DNA of 64,000 nucleotides from Candidatus Eremiobacteria bacterium (GCA_963758295.1 CAVWUU010000003.1:1-64000); one strand, 5' to 3'; counted from the first letter of the stretch, positions 37,926-49,259 are shown. The notes: generated by a model from the letters alone, not told the origin. Made by a program: numbers and translations.

Positions 37926-39189
37926 GCGCGCCGCGGCCGGTGGGCCCGTCGTACCCGGTGCCCGCTTCGCAAGCGACGCTGGGCGTGCAATAGCCGTTGT
38001 TTCCTTGCGTGATATCGTAGAACGCGCTTTGCGGCGCGGTCCAAAGGCTGCGCCCGGCGTTAGCCGCTAACGTCCCGGCATTGTTCGCGAGCGCGTAGAT
38101 CGATGCCACGAGCGGCGATGCCGCGCTCGTGCCGCCGTCGACGAACCAGCCGCCCGCGTTGCCTGCGCTTCCCGTGTAAGTGTTCCAAACCCAGAGGCCC
38201 GGATTGAACGGATCGGCAAACGCCGCGACGTCGGATTCCATGCGATTGATGCAGCCGGTGACGTTCGCGTTTTGCCACGACGGGCGCGCGACGTCTTTGC
38301 TGCAGCCGCTGCCGCCGTTGCTCCATGCGAACTCGTCCCAACCGCGGGCGCTCGAAGTGTCCTGGTACAACGACGTTCCGCCGACCGCGACGACGCTGCT
38401 GTAGCTCGCCGGTTGTTCGGGACCGCCGTAATAGCTGTCGTCGCCGGTGCTTGCCGTGATGAACGTATTCGGATGCGTGTAATGGGAACTTGCCGCTTGA
38501 TATTCGGGACCGCCGTAAGAGTTTGAAATCGCTGTTGGATTCAGCGCCGCGGCGGTGTCTTCGGCCGACGCGAGATCGCTCGCGCTGTTGCTGTTCGCTT
38601 CAACGAGCACAATGCGGCAGTTCGGGCAGGTCGCCGAAACGACGTCGAGATCCAGGGCGATTTCGCCGGCCCAGCCGGTATTGGTTTGCGGATAACTCGC
38701 TTGCGCGCCGCCTTGATTCAATTTCTTGAAACAGCCGTTCGCGCTGGTGCACGCCGCCAGGCCAAAATAGCTGCGGTAGTGCGCCATATCGCTCTCGGCA
38801 TTTGGATCGTCGTACGCATCAACGATAGCGACGACGGCGGCGCCGTTTCCGGCCGACGGCAGATTGTAAACGCGTGCAATGTCCGCTGGACGCAGAGGTC
38901 CCGAATACGAGCTGCCGTTATCCATCCGGTGAAGGCTCAGCGACTTGATCATCGGCTGAATCGACGATGCGTCGTTACGAATCAAGGCATAGCATGTCAT
39001 GAACCCCGCCGTAGCTGCGGGACAAGCGTGTTGCAGCGCCGTTGTCGACGACGGCGGTGTGATCGTGCCGCCGCCGCTTCCGGCCGTTCCGCCCCCGGTC
39101 CCGGGCAACGCGCTCGAACCGCCGCCGCCACCGCAGGCCGCGAGGCAAAAAGCGAATACAACGAGCGCAAAAGCTCGCAAATTTTTCAT
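37903..39189 (-). CDS. S53/S8 family serine peptidase, lipoprotein
   Basis: Lipobox LAAC, IVDAYD, EIALD, SNSYG, GGTSAASP, GYDGPTGRG. Confidence 0.9.
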   Translation of the reverse strand: MKNLRAFALVVFAFCLAACGGGGGSSALPGTGGGTAGSGGGTITPPSSTTALQHACPAATAGFMTCYALIRNDASSIQPMIKSLSLHRMDNGSSYSGPLRPADIARVYNLPSAGNGAAVVAIVDAYDDPNAESDMAHYRSYFGLAACTSANGCFKKLNQGGAQASYPQTNTGWAGEIALDLDVVSATCPNCRIVLVEANSNSASDLASAEDTAAALNPTAISNSYGGPEYQAASSHYTHPNTFITASTGDDSYYGGPEQPASYSSVVAVGGTSLYQDTSSARGWDEFAWSNGGSGCSKDVARPSWQNANVTGCINRMESDVAAFADPFNPGLWVWNTYTGSAGNAGGWFVDGGTSAASPLVASIYALANNAGTLAANAGRSLWTAPQSAFYDITQGNNGYCTPSVACEAGTGYDGPTGRGAPNGLAAF

Positions 39190-39298
39190 GACACGCTCCA
39201 ACGAATCGGATGAACTCAAAGTTCTCTCCGTTTTTTCTTATCGGCGTAAAATCGGCAAATTGCAGGAGACCGACCGAAAGCGAAGGACGGCTCGCTTG

Positions 39299-40897
39299 TT
39301 AGGTCAGGCCGTCATAGCCTTTTTCCAACCAGCGGAGCGCCGCTGCACGACGCCGGCGTAAACTTTCGACGGTTGCTTGGGCGATAGGGCCGCCGAATCG
39401 TTGGTTCAGCGTTGTGTGGATCTTGCGATGCTCGATTCTGAAGCGCTGGGAGACCTGCGCGACCAGCGCCGAAAGCGACGCACGCAATAGCTCTTTTTCT
39501 TCAGCGATGCTGAGGACCGGTTCGGGCTCCGGCTCGGTTTCTTCGTGTGGTTCTAACGTTGCGACTCGCGCTGCGACGTGCAGGGCGTCTTCCAGGTAGG
39601 CGCTGGGATTGAAGAGCGGTCCGTAGTCCAAGACGCGTTCGCCGTCGACGTTGGCGGCAATCGCCTCAAAGTGATTGTCAGCTTCGCTCGCGTTCGGTCT
39701 GCAAGCGTTGCGCCAGCTCCAGCTCTTCCAGTTCGCGCTTGACGTGAAGCACGCCGCGGACGTCGGCGGTTACGCGAGCTGCAAGTTCGCGTAAGCGCTG
39801 ATCGTCGGGGAGATAGACGAACGCCTGTTGCATGCCGCCTTTTTGCGCACGAACGAAGCGGCCGCAAAACTGGCGAAAATACATTTCCGTCACGACGTTG
39901 CTGGCATAGACGCCGACGCGCAGACGCGGGATATCGACGCCTTCGGAAACCATATGCACCGCAACGATCCAGGGATCGTCGCTGCGCGCGAACGATGCAA
40001 TTCTTCGCGAGGCGTCATCTTCGTCGGAAAGGACGATCGCCGGCTTTGCGCCCGTACGCGCTTCCACAAAGCCGGCGAGAAAACGCGCGTGCTCTTGATT
40101 CATCGCAATTGCCAGTGCGCCCGCGTCGGGATGCTCGCCACGGCGCAATTGCATCAGCGCTAGCGTGCGCCTTTGTCGATGACGTCGCCGATCCAGGCTT
40201 CGTGCACGAGCACGGTGCGCAGCCGTTCGCTCATGCGGCTCTTCGAGCGCAGCGCTTGGTCGAACGAAGAGGCGTGCAATTCGCCATCCTTGCTGACCCA
40301 TTCGGCGTAACCGCCCTGCAACGGAAAAACGAGGGGCGGCAAACGCCGTCTCTGAGTGCGTCGGCGTAATCGTACGAGAAATCCGGCATGCATTCGCCAC
40401 GCTGATAGTGAACGAATGGAATGGCGCTTCCGTCCGAGCGGAACGGGCGTTCCGGAAAGGCTGATACGGTGAACGGCGCCGCCGAAGGCGTCCTTCAACG
40501 CGGCTCCCCAGCTCGCAGCGTCGCCCGCGTGGTGAATCTCGTCGAGCACGACGAGGGTTGGGACATTTGCAAGACGTTTGTATAGATGCGGCGCCGCAGC
40601 GATCTGTTGATAGGTGATCGCGGCGCCGTGTACGTCGCTCGCCAGCGCGCCCGCGGCATTCTCGAATCGGTGATCGATGCGAATGCCCGCCTGCGCCATA
40701 GCGGCCGCCGTTTGCGCTTTAAGGTGTTCGCGCGGAACGACCACGAAGATGCGGCGCGCGCGGCGTTCGGCAAGCACCGCGTGTGCCAAGCGCGCGGCAA
40801 AGCGGGTCTTGCCGGCACCCGGCGTCGCCACGATGAGCGCGTCGCGCGGCTGCTCGGACCACCAAGCGTCGAATGCTTCGCGCTGCCAACGCCGCAA
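39299..40897 (-). CDS. DEAD/DEAH-box (SF2) helicase, split by several indels
   Basis: ATPGAGKT, LDEIHHAGD, LSGTP, MVSEGVDIPRLRVGVY, FRQFCGR spread over three frames. Confidence 0.85.
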
Positions 40898-40995
40898 CGC
40901 CAGCCTCCATCGCTGAACTGACCTTCCATCATGGGAAGCCGCTCTGATTCAAAGCCTTCGGGGCCGTCGCCTCGAAGGAATGTGATACCGACATC

Positions 40996-42995
40996 ATGAC
41001 GACGACCGGACAAGCACGCACCCTCGAGCAAACCCTCGCGCAGATTCCCGACTCGCCGGGCGTTTACCAAATGATTGCACGAGACGGGACGATCCTTGTA
41101 TATCGGGAAAGCGGTTTCGCTGCGCAATCGCGTGCGTTCGTACTTCCAGGACTCCGCCGCGCACCACATCCGCACGCAAGCAATGGTGGAGCGCGTCGCC
41201 GACGTTCGCACGATCGTCGTCAACAACGAAGTCGAAGCGCTGATTCTCGAAGCGAATCTGATCAAGCGGCATCAGCCGCCCTTCAACGTCCGCCTTCGCG
41301 ACGACAAGCGGTATCCGTATCTTGAAGGTGACGAACGAGCCGTTTCCCCGCGTCGTATTTACGCGCATGGTTAAGGACGACGGCGCGCGCTATTTCGGCC
41401 CGTACACGAACGCTCACGGCCTGCGGGAACTGATCGACCTCGTGCGTTTGGTCTTTCCGTTGCGCACCTGCCGCGAGCCCATCGACGGGCGCCGAAAACG
41501 GCCGTGCCTGCAGTATCACATCAAGCGTTGCCTCGCGCCTTGCGTCGGCTATCAAAGCGAAGCCGGAGTACGACGCGCTGATCAACGAAGTCGTGCTATT
41601 TCTGGAAGGCAAACAAGACTCGCTGCTTCGGCGCCTTCAGGCCGAAATGGTGGAGTCGGCCGAAGGATTCAATTTCGAAGCGGCCGCGCGCATTCGCGAT
41701 CGCATCATTCAAGTGCGCCGCGTACCGGAGTCGCAAAAGGTCGTCTGGACGTCGCGGCTCGATATGGACCTGATCGCAATCGCGCGTTCGCAAGGCCAGG
41801 CGTGCATGCAAGTCTTCATGGTGCGCGGCGGCAAGCTCATCGGCCAGGAGCATTTCATTCTCGACGGCGTGCACGATCAATCCGACGCGGAATTAATGGA
41901 TGAGTTTCTGAAGCAGTTCTATACGGCCGAACCGCGAGCGCTCCGGAGAACGGCGTGCTTTCTCCGGCGCCGGGACGCATTGCGCGCGACAATCAAGTTC
42001 CCGTCCCGGTAAAACAACGCGCCCGCGCATCGCGCCGGCAGCGCGGCCGCCGTGCCAAAGGAAGTGCTTGTGCAAGAGCTTCCGCGCGAACGCGGCGTGA
42101 TCGAAGCGTGGCTGACGACGCTGAAAGGCCAGCGCGTACGCATGCTGAACCGCAACGCGGTTCGCGCGCCGACTACATGCGGCTGGTGCAGAAGAACGCC
42201 GAACAGAACCTGAAGGCCTTCTTAGTGCATCAAGAAGTGCAGGAGACCGCGCAAGCCCTTTCGTTGACGGAGCTTGCCGATGCGTTGGAGCTTCCCGAGC
42301 CGCCGCATCGAATCGAGTGTTACGACATCTCGAACATTCAAGGCACGAACCCGGTATCTTCGATGGTCGTATTCGTCGAAGGGCGCGCGAAGAAGAGCGA
42401 GTACCGCAAGTTCAAAATTCAGTACGATAAGGGCCCAAACGACTTTGCGATGATGCAAGAGACCTTGCGACGGCGCTTACGCTATTTGCGCGCGCGAAAC
42501 GGATTCCGAAACAAACGGCCCCGAACGCGAGCTTGCGAAAAAAGAAAAGTTCAACAAGAAGCCGGACCTGTTGCTGATCGACGGCGGCAAAGGGCAGTTG
42601 AACGCCGTGGTCGAGGTTCTCGAAGAGCTGGACATGACGGGTATTCCGGTTGCGGGTTTGGCGAAAGAACACGAGTGGCTGTATCTGCCCGGACAGGGCG
42701 AATCCGATCGTGCTGCCGCCCAACTCCGCGGGCTTGCATTTGGTCATGCGCATTCGCGACGAAGCGCACCGTTTTGCCGATCACGTATCACCGGCAGCGT
42801 CGCGCCAAAGCGATGACGCAGTCCGCCCTGGACGCGCTCGCAGGCGTCGGGCCGGTTCGCAAGAAACGGTTGCTTGCCGCGTTCGGGTCGGTCGCGGCGA
42901 TCAAGCGTGCGACGATCGACGAGATCGCCGCCATCAAAGGCATGACTCCCGCACTGGCAGCGCAAGTGAAGAGCGCGCTCGAAGGAGGTTCCTGA
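40996..42995 (+). CDS. uvrC: Excinuclease ABC subunit C, interrupted by multiple single-base indels
   Basis: [70 protein letters not shown], HhH tail in alternating frames. Confidence 0.93.
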
Positions 42996-43366
42996 TGCAC
43001 TGGCTTTTACGCTTCATTATTACGGCCATCGCGATGTATGCGATCGCCGCCTACGTTCCCGGCTTCCATCTTACCGGCTGGGGCGCCGCCGTCATTGCCG
43101 CCCTCATCTTCGGCATCGTCAACGCGATCATCGGGCCGGTACTCCGGCTGATTTCGTTGCCGTTGACGATTCTAACCATCGGGCTCTTCTCGATCGTCGT
43201 AAATTGGATACTCTTCGCGCTTGCGGTTTGGCTTTCGCCGGGGTTCAAGACGACCGGATATCCCTGGCCTGCGTGGGAGTCGACGCTTGTCGGCGCCATC
43301 ATCATGATGCTCGTGAGCATGTTCGTAACGGCTCCGCTTGGCCGCCGGCCCCGCGAAGAAGTGTAA
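42995..43366 (+). CDS. YvlD/DUF360 'phage holin family' membrane protein
   Basis: GIVNAIIGPVLRLISLPLTILTIGLF; GGAGG SD. Confidence 0.85.
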   Translation: MHWLLRFIITAIAMYAIAAYVPGFHLTGWGAAVIAALIFGIVNAIIGPVLRLISLPLTILTIGLFSIVVNWILFALAVWLSPGFKTTGYPWPAWESTLVGAIIMMLVSMFVTAPLGRRPREEV

Positions 43367-43475
43367 GACTTAACGCCAAGGAGCCGTTTCCTTGGAGTAA
43401 GGCTGTCCGCCGGGCCCGAACGATCCGATAACCGGGTGTGGCCCTTAGCTTTGGATTGCACGAGGAGAGTTTCGG

Positions 43476-45664
43476 ATGACGGACCGGGCGGTCCAGAAGC
43501 CGCGCGTTTTTTTGACGCGCGCGTACGCAATTCCAACGCGGTTTGGCATTGACCGGAGTTGCGGCGGTCGCCGCGACGACGCTAATCAGCGCCGTTCTTG
43601 GAACGTTCGAGAAGATAGAGTTGCTCTGGGTCGTTGTGCTGGCGGCGGTATTCGCTGCGGTGTTGCTTCCCTTAGCGCACTGCGTTCGATCGTCGGTGTT
43701 TGGCGTACGTTCGCGATCGCATGACCGTGGATTCGGGCCTTTCGTTTTCCGAGGCCGTTGCGCGCTTGAAACGGTTTCGGATGCAGATCGTCGTGCAGTT
43801 CGTGGCAGCCTACGGCATAGGTGCCGTCGTGGTTATCAGCCTGGCGAACGTGCTCGCCGGCTTGCCGATTACGATGAACGTCTCGTCCACATTGGTGGCC
43901 GGCCTCATTGGTGGCGCGATGGTGGAAGGCGCGCTCAACTACTTTAGCGCCGAAGCCTTGGTTGCCGAGTTGATCGCGATCGTCGCGAGCCTGCGCGGCG
44001 AGGCGGCACCCGTTTCGACGAAAGCTCGCGGCGGCATCGGCTTGCGCTTCATGACGGTGCTTGCGGTGGTTATTACCGTAACCGTTATTGCGATGGGCGG
44101 TGCTTCGATGCATCTGCTGCTGGGGCTCAATGCCGGGCGCATCAAACAAGACGAAATTCTGCGCCTCGGCGCAATCTACGCCGTCTGTTCCCTTGCCGTT
44201 GCACTGGTCATTGCGGTACTCGCCTCAAGGATTCTCTCGCGCAGCATCGCCAAACCGATTTTGCGCACCGTCGATTTGATGGAACGCTTGCGTCGCGGAG
44301 ACATCCTCCACGAAGACGAGCTCCACTCCGAGCCGCGCGCTTCGCATGAAGCGGGGTTGCTCGTAGCGGCCTTTGCGGAAGCAAATACAGGGCTGCGTCG
44401 CCTCGCGCGCAGCGGCGAACGCCTCGCTTCAGGCGATCTTTCCGTGAAGATCGTTCCGACGTCCGAACGCGATGTCGTAGCGATTGCCTTCAAACGCGTA
44501 GTAGAAGTGATTCAAACGGTCGTCGGCAACGTTCGCTCCACGGCGGAGTTGCTTGAGACTTCGGCGGCCTCTCTCGCGACGCGAGCCGACCAGTTCGTGA
44601 ACGACGCGCGCAGTAACTACGACGATCTTTCCGCCGTGTCGAAGAAGATGCGACCGCTGGACGGCGCCGTCAATGCGCTGGCGAGCGGCGCGCGGGAGCT
44701 ATCCGAGACAGCTTCGGGCGCGCGTGCGACAGCCGAACGCCTCGGCGCCGCCGCGCACAGCAACGCGGCCGGGCTCGATCAGCTTTCGCAAACGGCGAAT
44801 TCGACGATTGAGGCGGCCAACGAAGTGTTGCGCATCTCCGGATCCGCCGGAGCCAGCGCCGATGCAGCGAGCGCGGCAATCCTTCAAGCCGATCGGACCT
44901 CGGAAGAGGCGGCGAACGTGATGTCGGAACTCGTTAGAACCATCGAAACGCTGCGCATGAGTTCGCTGCAGATCGGTTCGATCACGGAAAAGATCGACGA
45001 AATCGCCGATCAAACGAATCTGCTTGCGCTTAACGCCGCCATCGAAGCGGCGCGTGCGGGCGAACACGGCCGCGGCTTTGCGGTGGTCGCCGATGAAATC
45101 CGCAAACTTGCCGACTCGTCGGCGAACGCGACGAAAGAGATCGCGTCGCTGATCCGCTCGGTCCAAGAAGAAACCGATCGCGCCGTTTCGGTTACGCGCC
45201 GCGGCAGCGATGCCGTTGAACAGGGTCGCACCAAGACCTCGCAAGTCGCTGACGCGCTCGAACGCATCGTCGACAGTGTAAACATCGTGCAACATCGTAT
45301 CGAAGCCGTTGTCCTGGCGCAGCGCGAACAAAAACATGCCACCGACGCGCTCATTGAATCGACCCTCCTGGTCGAACGGCTCACTGGCGACAATGCCGGC
45401 ATGGCGGCGTCGCTTTTGGTGCTCGCGGAGAAGCTGGAGCGTTCGGCCGGCGCAGGCGCAGGAGCCGTGGGCGGTGCGACCTCGCTTGTCGCTTCGGTCA
45501 CGCAACGCGGCGAACGCATCGCCGCCGCGTCGGACGAGATGCAGGCGCTTACGACGTCCTTACGCGACGAAGCCGAACGCATCCGAAGCGCGGTCGGCGA
45601 GTTCCGTCAAGATGCGACTTTGCTAGGCCCGGCGCAACGTGCGCTCCCCAGGCGAGAGGTCTAG
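43476..45664 (+). CDS. Methyl-accepting chemotaxis protein; N-terminus broken by about two indels (43540-43700)
   Basis: [37 protein letters not shown]; multiple TM segments and HAMP; GAGGAG SD before ATG 43476. Confidence 0.9.
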
Positions 45665-45708
45665 CGGAAACCGCGGCTTGCACCCCCGGAAACCGCGGCT
45701 TGCACCCC
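45665..45708. repeat. Perfect 22-bp tandem duplication upstream of ssrA
   Basis: CGGAAACCGCGGCTTGCACCCC twice. Confidence 0.85.
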
Positions 45709-45709
45709 G

Positions 45710-45718
45710 TGTTATAGT
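45710..45718 (+). promoter_or_regulatory. Extended -10 promoter of ssrA
   Basis: TGtTATAGT ending 14 nt before the mature 5' end. Confidence 0.6.
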
Positions 45719-45732
45719 TGGTAGGCGTCCGC

Positions 45733-46087
45733 GGGGCTGAATTAGGCTCGACGAGGAGATCCGCGGTCGGCGTCAGCAAGCGGAGTTGCGAGCTCTCCTA
45801 AAACGATCGCAACGGCAATATCTGCCAACAACGAATACGCACTGGCTGCCTAATTTAGGTTAGTCACCGGACGCAGAGGGTCGGCCCGAACCGCTCTGCC
45901 TTCCGGCCAATAATTCGGGCTGGTACGGTCGCCTGATCTGACGATCGTACGAGATTAAGGGTCTGCTGCGCACGGTAAGTCCCGCTTTGAGACGTCCGTG
46001 CGAGTAAGCTAAAATCGAAGCTGAGCTTGGAGAACGCGTCGGCTAGGCTTTTCGGACTCGGGGGGCAGTACCCCGACAGCTCCACCA
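45733..46087 (+). ncRNA. ssrA: Transfer-messenger RNA (one-piece), tag (A)ANNEYALAA
   Basis: 5' GGGGCTGAATTAGGCTCGAC, 3' CAGCTCCACCA with G3-U70; tag ORF 45824-45853. Confidence 0.96.
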
Positions 46088-46105
46088 AATACGCGCTTTA
46101 GTCCA

Positions 46106-46315
46106 ATGAATGCATATTCGTTGGACTATTTCGTTTCGGACCCACGCGATGTATACGTCGAGACGGGCTTTTCGAACGCATGCTCGCGTCGGTGGTTCGT
46201 CGTGCAAGCTTGCACCGGCGATTTCCCGGAACGACGCATCCACGTCGAATGTGCGCGCGGTACGCCGGATGATCTACTGACCTATGAGGTTACCTTTTAC
46301 CAAGAGCGGGCGTGA
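46106..46315 (+). CDS. Hypothetical 69-aa protein
   Basis: Fills the gap after ssrA; no recognised motif. Confidence 0.4.
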   Translation: MNAYSLDYFVSDPRDVYVETGFSNACSRRWFVVQACTGDFPERRIHVECARGTPDDLLTYEVTFYQERA

Positions 46316-46387
46316 TGTCACTTTCTTGGGTTGTGGTTGGCGTACGCGGCGGCTGGGGGCTCTTCCGCGTTCATCTCTATCCAGCCG

Positions 46388-46717
46388 TTACGATCCCCGC
46401 ACGACGGTGATCGTTTCGTAGGTCTGAACTGAATAAGATTTTGCGGTTTCGACGATGTCCGTCACCACGCGTCCGATTTCCGCATCGTACTGCGCCGTGC
46501 TCCAGGCATCCGCGCTTTCCCAGACTGAAACGACGGATACGTCGGTTTTGCCTTCATTCAGCATCACCACGCATCCGATGAACCCTTTCCTGTCCGGAAC
46601 TAAGGTTTCAGCGGCGTTCCGAACCTCGCTCGAAATTCGCGTAACATCGCCCGAACCGAGATTAAAGGAAAGAACGCTAACGAATCTAGACGACTGATCG
46701 ATCGTAATTGCCGCCAT
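46388..46717 (-). CDS. Antibiotic biosynthesis monooxygenase (ABM)-like dimeric alpha/beta barrel protein
   Basis: KGFIGCVV...VVSVWESADAW; GGAG SD before MAAITID. Confidence 0.7.
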   Translation of the reverse strand: MAAITIDQSSRFVSVLSFNLGSGDVTRISSEVRNAAETLVPDRKGFIGCVVMLNEGKTDVSVVSVWESADAWSTAQYDAEIGRVVTDIVETAKSYSVQTYETITVVRGS

Positions 46718-46817
46718 TCGATTTCTCCATACGAGAGCATAGAAGAGCTCCACGAAGGCAGGGCATTCGTCGGATATCGCGCTGGAACCGCCGCAAGCTG
46801 GAGCGGTACGGCGTTTT

Positions 46818-47003
46818 TTATTTTTCGCTGACGTCACTTATGCCCGGTGCGGGCCGCGTAGACGTCATTACGCTCAATATCTCTGCACGGGGCGGCAAAT
46901 AGTCGTGTTTCTTTTGGGCGTGCTCTTGTGTCGCGCGAACCACGTCCTCTTCCGTTTCACCGCTGAAAACGGTACCGCAGGGTGGGCAGAGTGCATATTT
47001 CAT
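46818..47003 (-). CDS. DUF1059-like small metal-binding protein
   Basis: CPPCG.VFSGETEEDVV...EHAQKKH. Confidence 0.75.
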   Translation of the reverse strand: MKYALCPPCGTVFSGETEEDVVRATQEHAQKKHDYLPPRAEILSVMTSTRPAPGISDVSEK

Positions 47004-47653
47004 CGACGTTTCCTTTCAGTAAGCTCGAGTAAGAATCCACGCACCATCGCGCGGGCGGCGAAGCGAATCGCCTCGACCGTTGCCTGCTCTTCGAGATCGC
47101 AGGCGTCGCGCAGCACATTAAGAGTCTCCACGCCTAAAAGAGTGCCGAGGGATCGGACCATAACGGCGTAGGTCGAGGGCGAAACTTTCGTTCGGAGAGG
47201 TTCGAGGACGCCATCCCACGCGAGGACCCATGGGCCGCTTAGCAACGGAATGTGCCGTTCGTGCGCCTCCGCCAGCGAGTGTTCGAACGAAATCTTCAAC
47301 AGCGTGCGCAACTCCGGCTCGTGCCGGATCAAGAGCGGCGCCAACTCCGTGAACACGGCATCCACGCGTTTGACGATCTCTGTTTGATCGCGTACGCGTG
47401 CGACGGCTTTCTTAACTGCGTCGATGAGCGGATCTGCACTGGCTTCGGCCAACAGCGTCTCTTGCGTGGGAAAGTAGCGGTAGGCCGTCGTGCGCGAAAT
47501 GCCGGCGGAATCCGCAACATCCGCTACGCTTGGGACCCTTCCCGATTCGCGTAGCGTTCGCGCCGCTTGCAACAGCTGCGTGCGGGTGCGCTGCTTTTGC
47601 GCAACTCGGCCGCCGTTCGAAGCTTTTCCCGCGGCGACTTGACGGAAAATCAT
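47000..47653 (-). CDS. TetR/AcrR family transcriptional regulator
   Basis: TRTQLLQAA...SVADVADSAGISRTTAYRYFP. Confidence 0.92.
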   Translation of the reverse strand: MIFRQVAAGKASNGGRVAQKQRTRTQLLQAARTLRESGRVPSVADVADSAGISRTTAYRYFPTQETLLAEASADPLIDAVKKAVARVRDQTEIVKRVDAVFTELAPLLIRHEPELRTLLKISFEHSLAEAHERHIPLLSGPWVLAWDGVLEPLRTKVSPSTYAVMVRSLGTLLGVETLNVLRDACDLEEQATVEAIRFAARAMVRGFLLELTERKRR

Positions 47654-47675
47654 GGCACCTTTATAGTACCAGAAT

Positions 47676-47705
47676 ACCGTTATGGGATTCAAGTACCATT
47701 ACGGT
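47676..47705. promoter_or_regulatory. Putative TetR operator between divergent tetR and cupin genes
   Basis: ACCGTTATGG-N10-CCATTACGGT inverted repeat (one mismatch). Confidence 0.55.
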
Positions 47706-47731
47706 GCACCCCTAGCCGAACGGAGGCCTCA

Positions 47732-48172
47732 ATGCTACACGAGCGAGCCCTACATCACGTTGCGCCGGGTGACGGGCCCTGCATCCGTTACGGCGGACAA
47801 GAAATGCGCGTCAAACTGGATGCAGCCAAATCAAACGGCGAGTTGACGGTCATCGAAGACGTTATTCCGCCCGATTCAGGACCGCCGCTCCACGTCCATG
47901 AAAGAGAGAACGAAAGCTACTTCGTGCTCGAAGGCGACTTTGAATTTGTTTGCGGTGCTGATAAAGCGACCGGCGGCCCCGGGACCTTCGTGTTTGCTCC
48001 GCGAGGCATGCCTCATCGTTTCAAAAACGTCGGCAGTACGCCCGGTCGCGTGCTCTTTGGTTTTACGCCCGGCGGCGTTGAAGCATTCTTCGCCGAGCTG
48101 GGTGCGCGAACGGAACTTACTCCGCAAATCATGACCGAAATCGCGGCCAGCCACGGAATCACCATCTTGTAA
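47732..48172 (+). CDS. Cupin domain protein (quercetinase-like)
   Basis: GPPLHVHERENESYFVLEG, APRGMPHRF; GGAGG SD. Confidence 0.9.
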   Translation: MLHERALHHVAPGDGPCIRYGGQEMRVKLDAAKSNGELTVIEDVIPPDSGPPLHVHERENESYFVLEGDFEFVCGADKATGGPGTFVFAPRGMPHRFKNVGSTPGRVLFGFTPGGVEAFFAELGARTELTPQIMTEIAASHGITIL

Positions 48173-48236
48173 CTTGAAAAAACGGGAATAAGCGGGCGCT
48201 TACGGGAGTTCCGCTTCGAGACAGGAGTCACGGCCG

Positions 48237-49256
48237 GTGCCGCCTCGGCGTTGTCGCTTCGTTGTGCGGTATTGCAAGATTTTTAGTCCGGCTGTCTTCG
48301 CGTGGCTTGCGCTTTGCGCAGCTGCGACGGTCGGGAACGCGCAAACTATGCCGAGCCCCTCACCGTCCCCGTCTGCGCGCCAGGCGCTCTCCGATGCGTG
48401 GTGGACGGGTCCGCTCCTGGCGCCCTCTGCGGGATCGTTGCCGCGCGGTCATATGTTAATCGAACCGTATGTTTACGACGTCGCGCAGTACGGAAATTTC
48501 AACGGTAACGGCGCGGTTAACGGGGTACCGCATTCGAACGGATTCGGGTCTCTTACCTATATCATCTACGGATTGGGAAACCGTTTAAGCGTCGGTGCTA
48601 TTCCGGTGTTCGCGTATAATACCGTGGCGAACGGGCCAAACAGCACGGGCCTGAAATTCGGTGATTTCGCCGTGCAAATGCAGTACCAGATCGTGCCTTA
48701 TCGACCGGGCAAGTGGATCCCCATGACGGCAATCAACGTTGGAGAAACGTTTCCAACCGGGAGGTACGATCGACTCGGCGATCGAGCTGCCGACGGAGTG
48801 GGAAGCGGAGCGAACGCGACCACCGTGTCGCTTTACACCCAAACGTATTTTTGGATGCCGAACGGGCGAATTTTGCGTTTCCGATTGAATGCTTCACAGT
48901 CGTTTTCCGGCACTGCCAATGTTACCGGCGTGAGCGTTTACGGCACTCCTGAAGACTTTCGCGGATACGCAAAGCCGGGTAACGGTTTTACCATTGACGT
49001 CGCGCAAGAATACAGCATCACGCGCAACTGGGTATTTGCGGTGGACGAGGTCTACCATCATAGCGGGAACACCCAGGTCGTCGGAACCAACGGCGTGACG
49101 AACAGCGGACAAAGCACCACGTATTATCTCGCCCCGGCGATCGAGTACAACTGGACGCCCAACGCCGGCGTGATTGCCGGCTTACGCCTCGTCCCGGCCG
49201 GCACGAATACCGCGGCGACCGTGACTCCGGTGATGGCAATTAATATCGTGCATTGA
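48237..49256 (+). CDS. Outer-membrane 'transporter' family beta-barrel
   Basis: Signal peptide, DAWWTGPLLA, IEPYVY, FPTGRYD, APAIEYNW; start uncertain. Confidence 0.7.
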   Translation: MPPRRCRFVVRYCKIFSPAVFAWLALCAAATVGNAQTMPSPSPSPSARQALSDAWWTGPLLAPSAGSLPRGHMLIEPYVYDVAQYGNFNGNGAVNGVPHSNGFGSLTYIIYGLGNRLSVGAIPVFAYNTVANGPNSTGLKFGDFAVQMQYQIVPYRPGKWIPMTAINVGETFPTGRYDRLGDRAADGVGSGANATTVSLYTQTYFWMPNGRILRFRLNASQSFSGTANVTGVSVYGTPEDFRGYAKPGNGFTIDVAQEYSITRNWVFAVDEVYHHSGNTQVVGTNGVTNSGQSTTYYLAPAIEYNWTPNAGVIAGLRLVPAGTNTAATVTPVMAINIVH

Positions 49257-49259
49257 ACG

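Noticed and set aside
42995..43366. Prophage holin
   Set aside because: YvlD/DUF360 family is a common chromosomal membrane protein; no phage genes adjacent
43367..43475. Riboswitch or sigma28 promoter upstream of the MCP
   Set aside because: A hairpin (CCAAGGA..TCCTTGG) and CCGATAA are present, but spacing to a TAAA-like box is wrong and no c-di-GMP aptamer consensus was recognised
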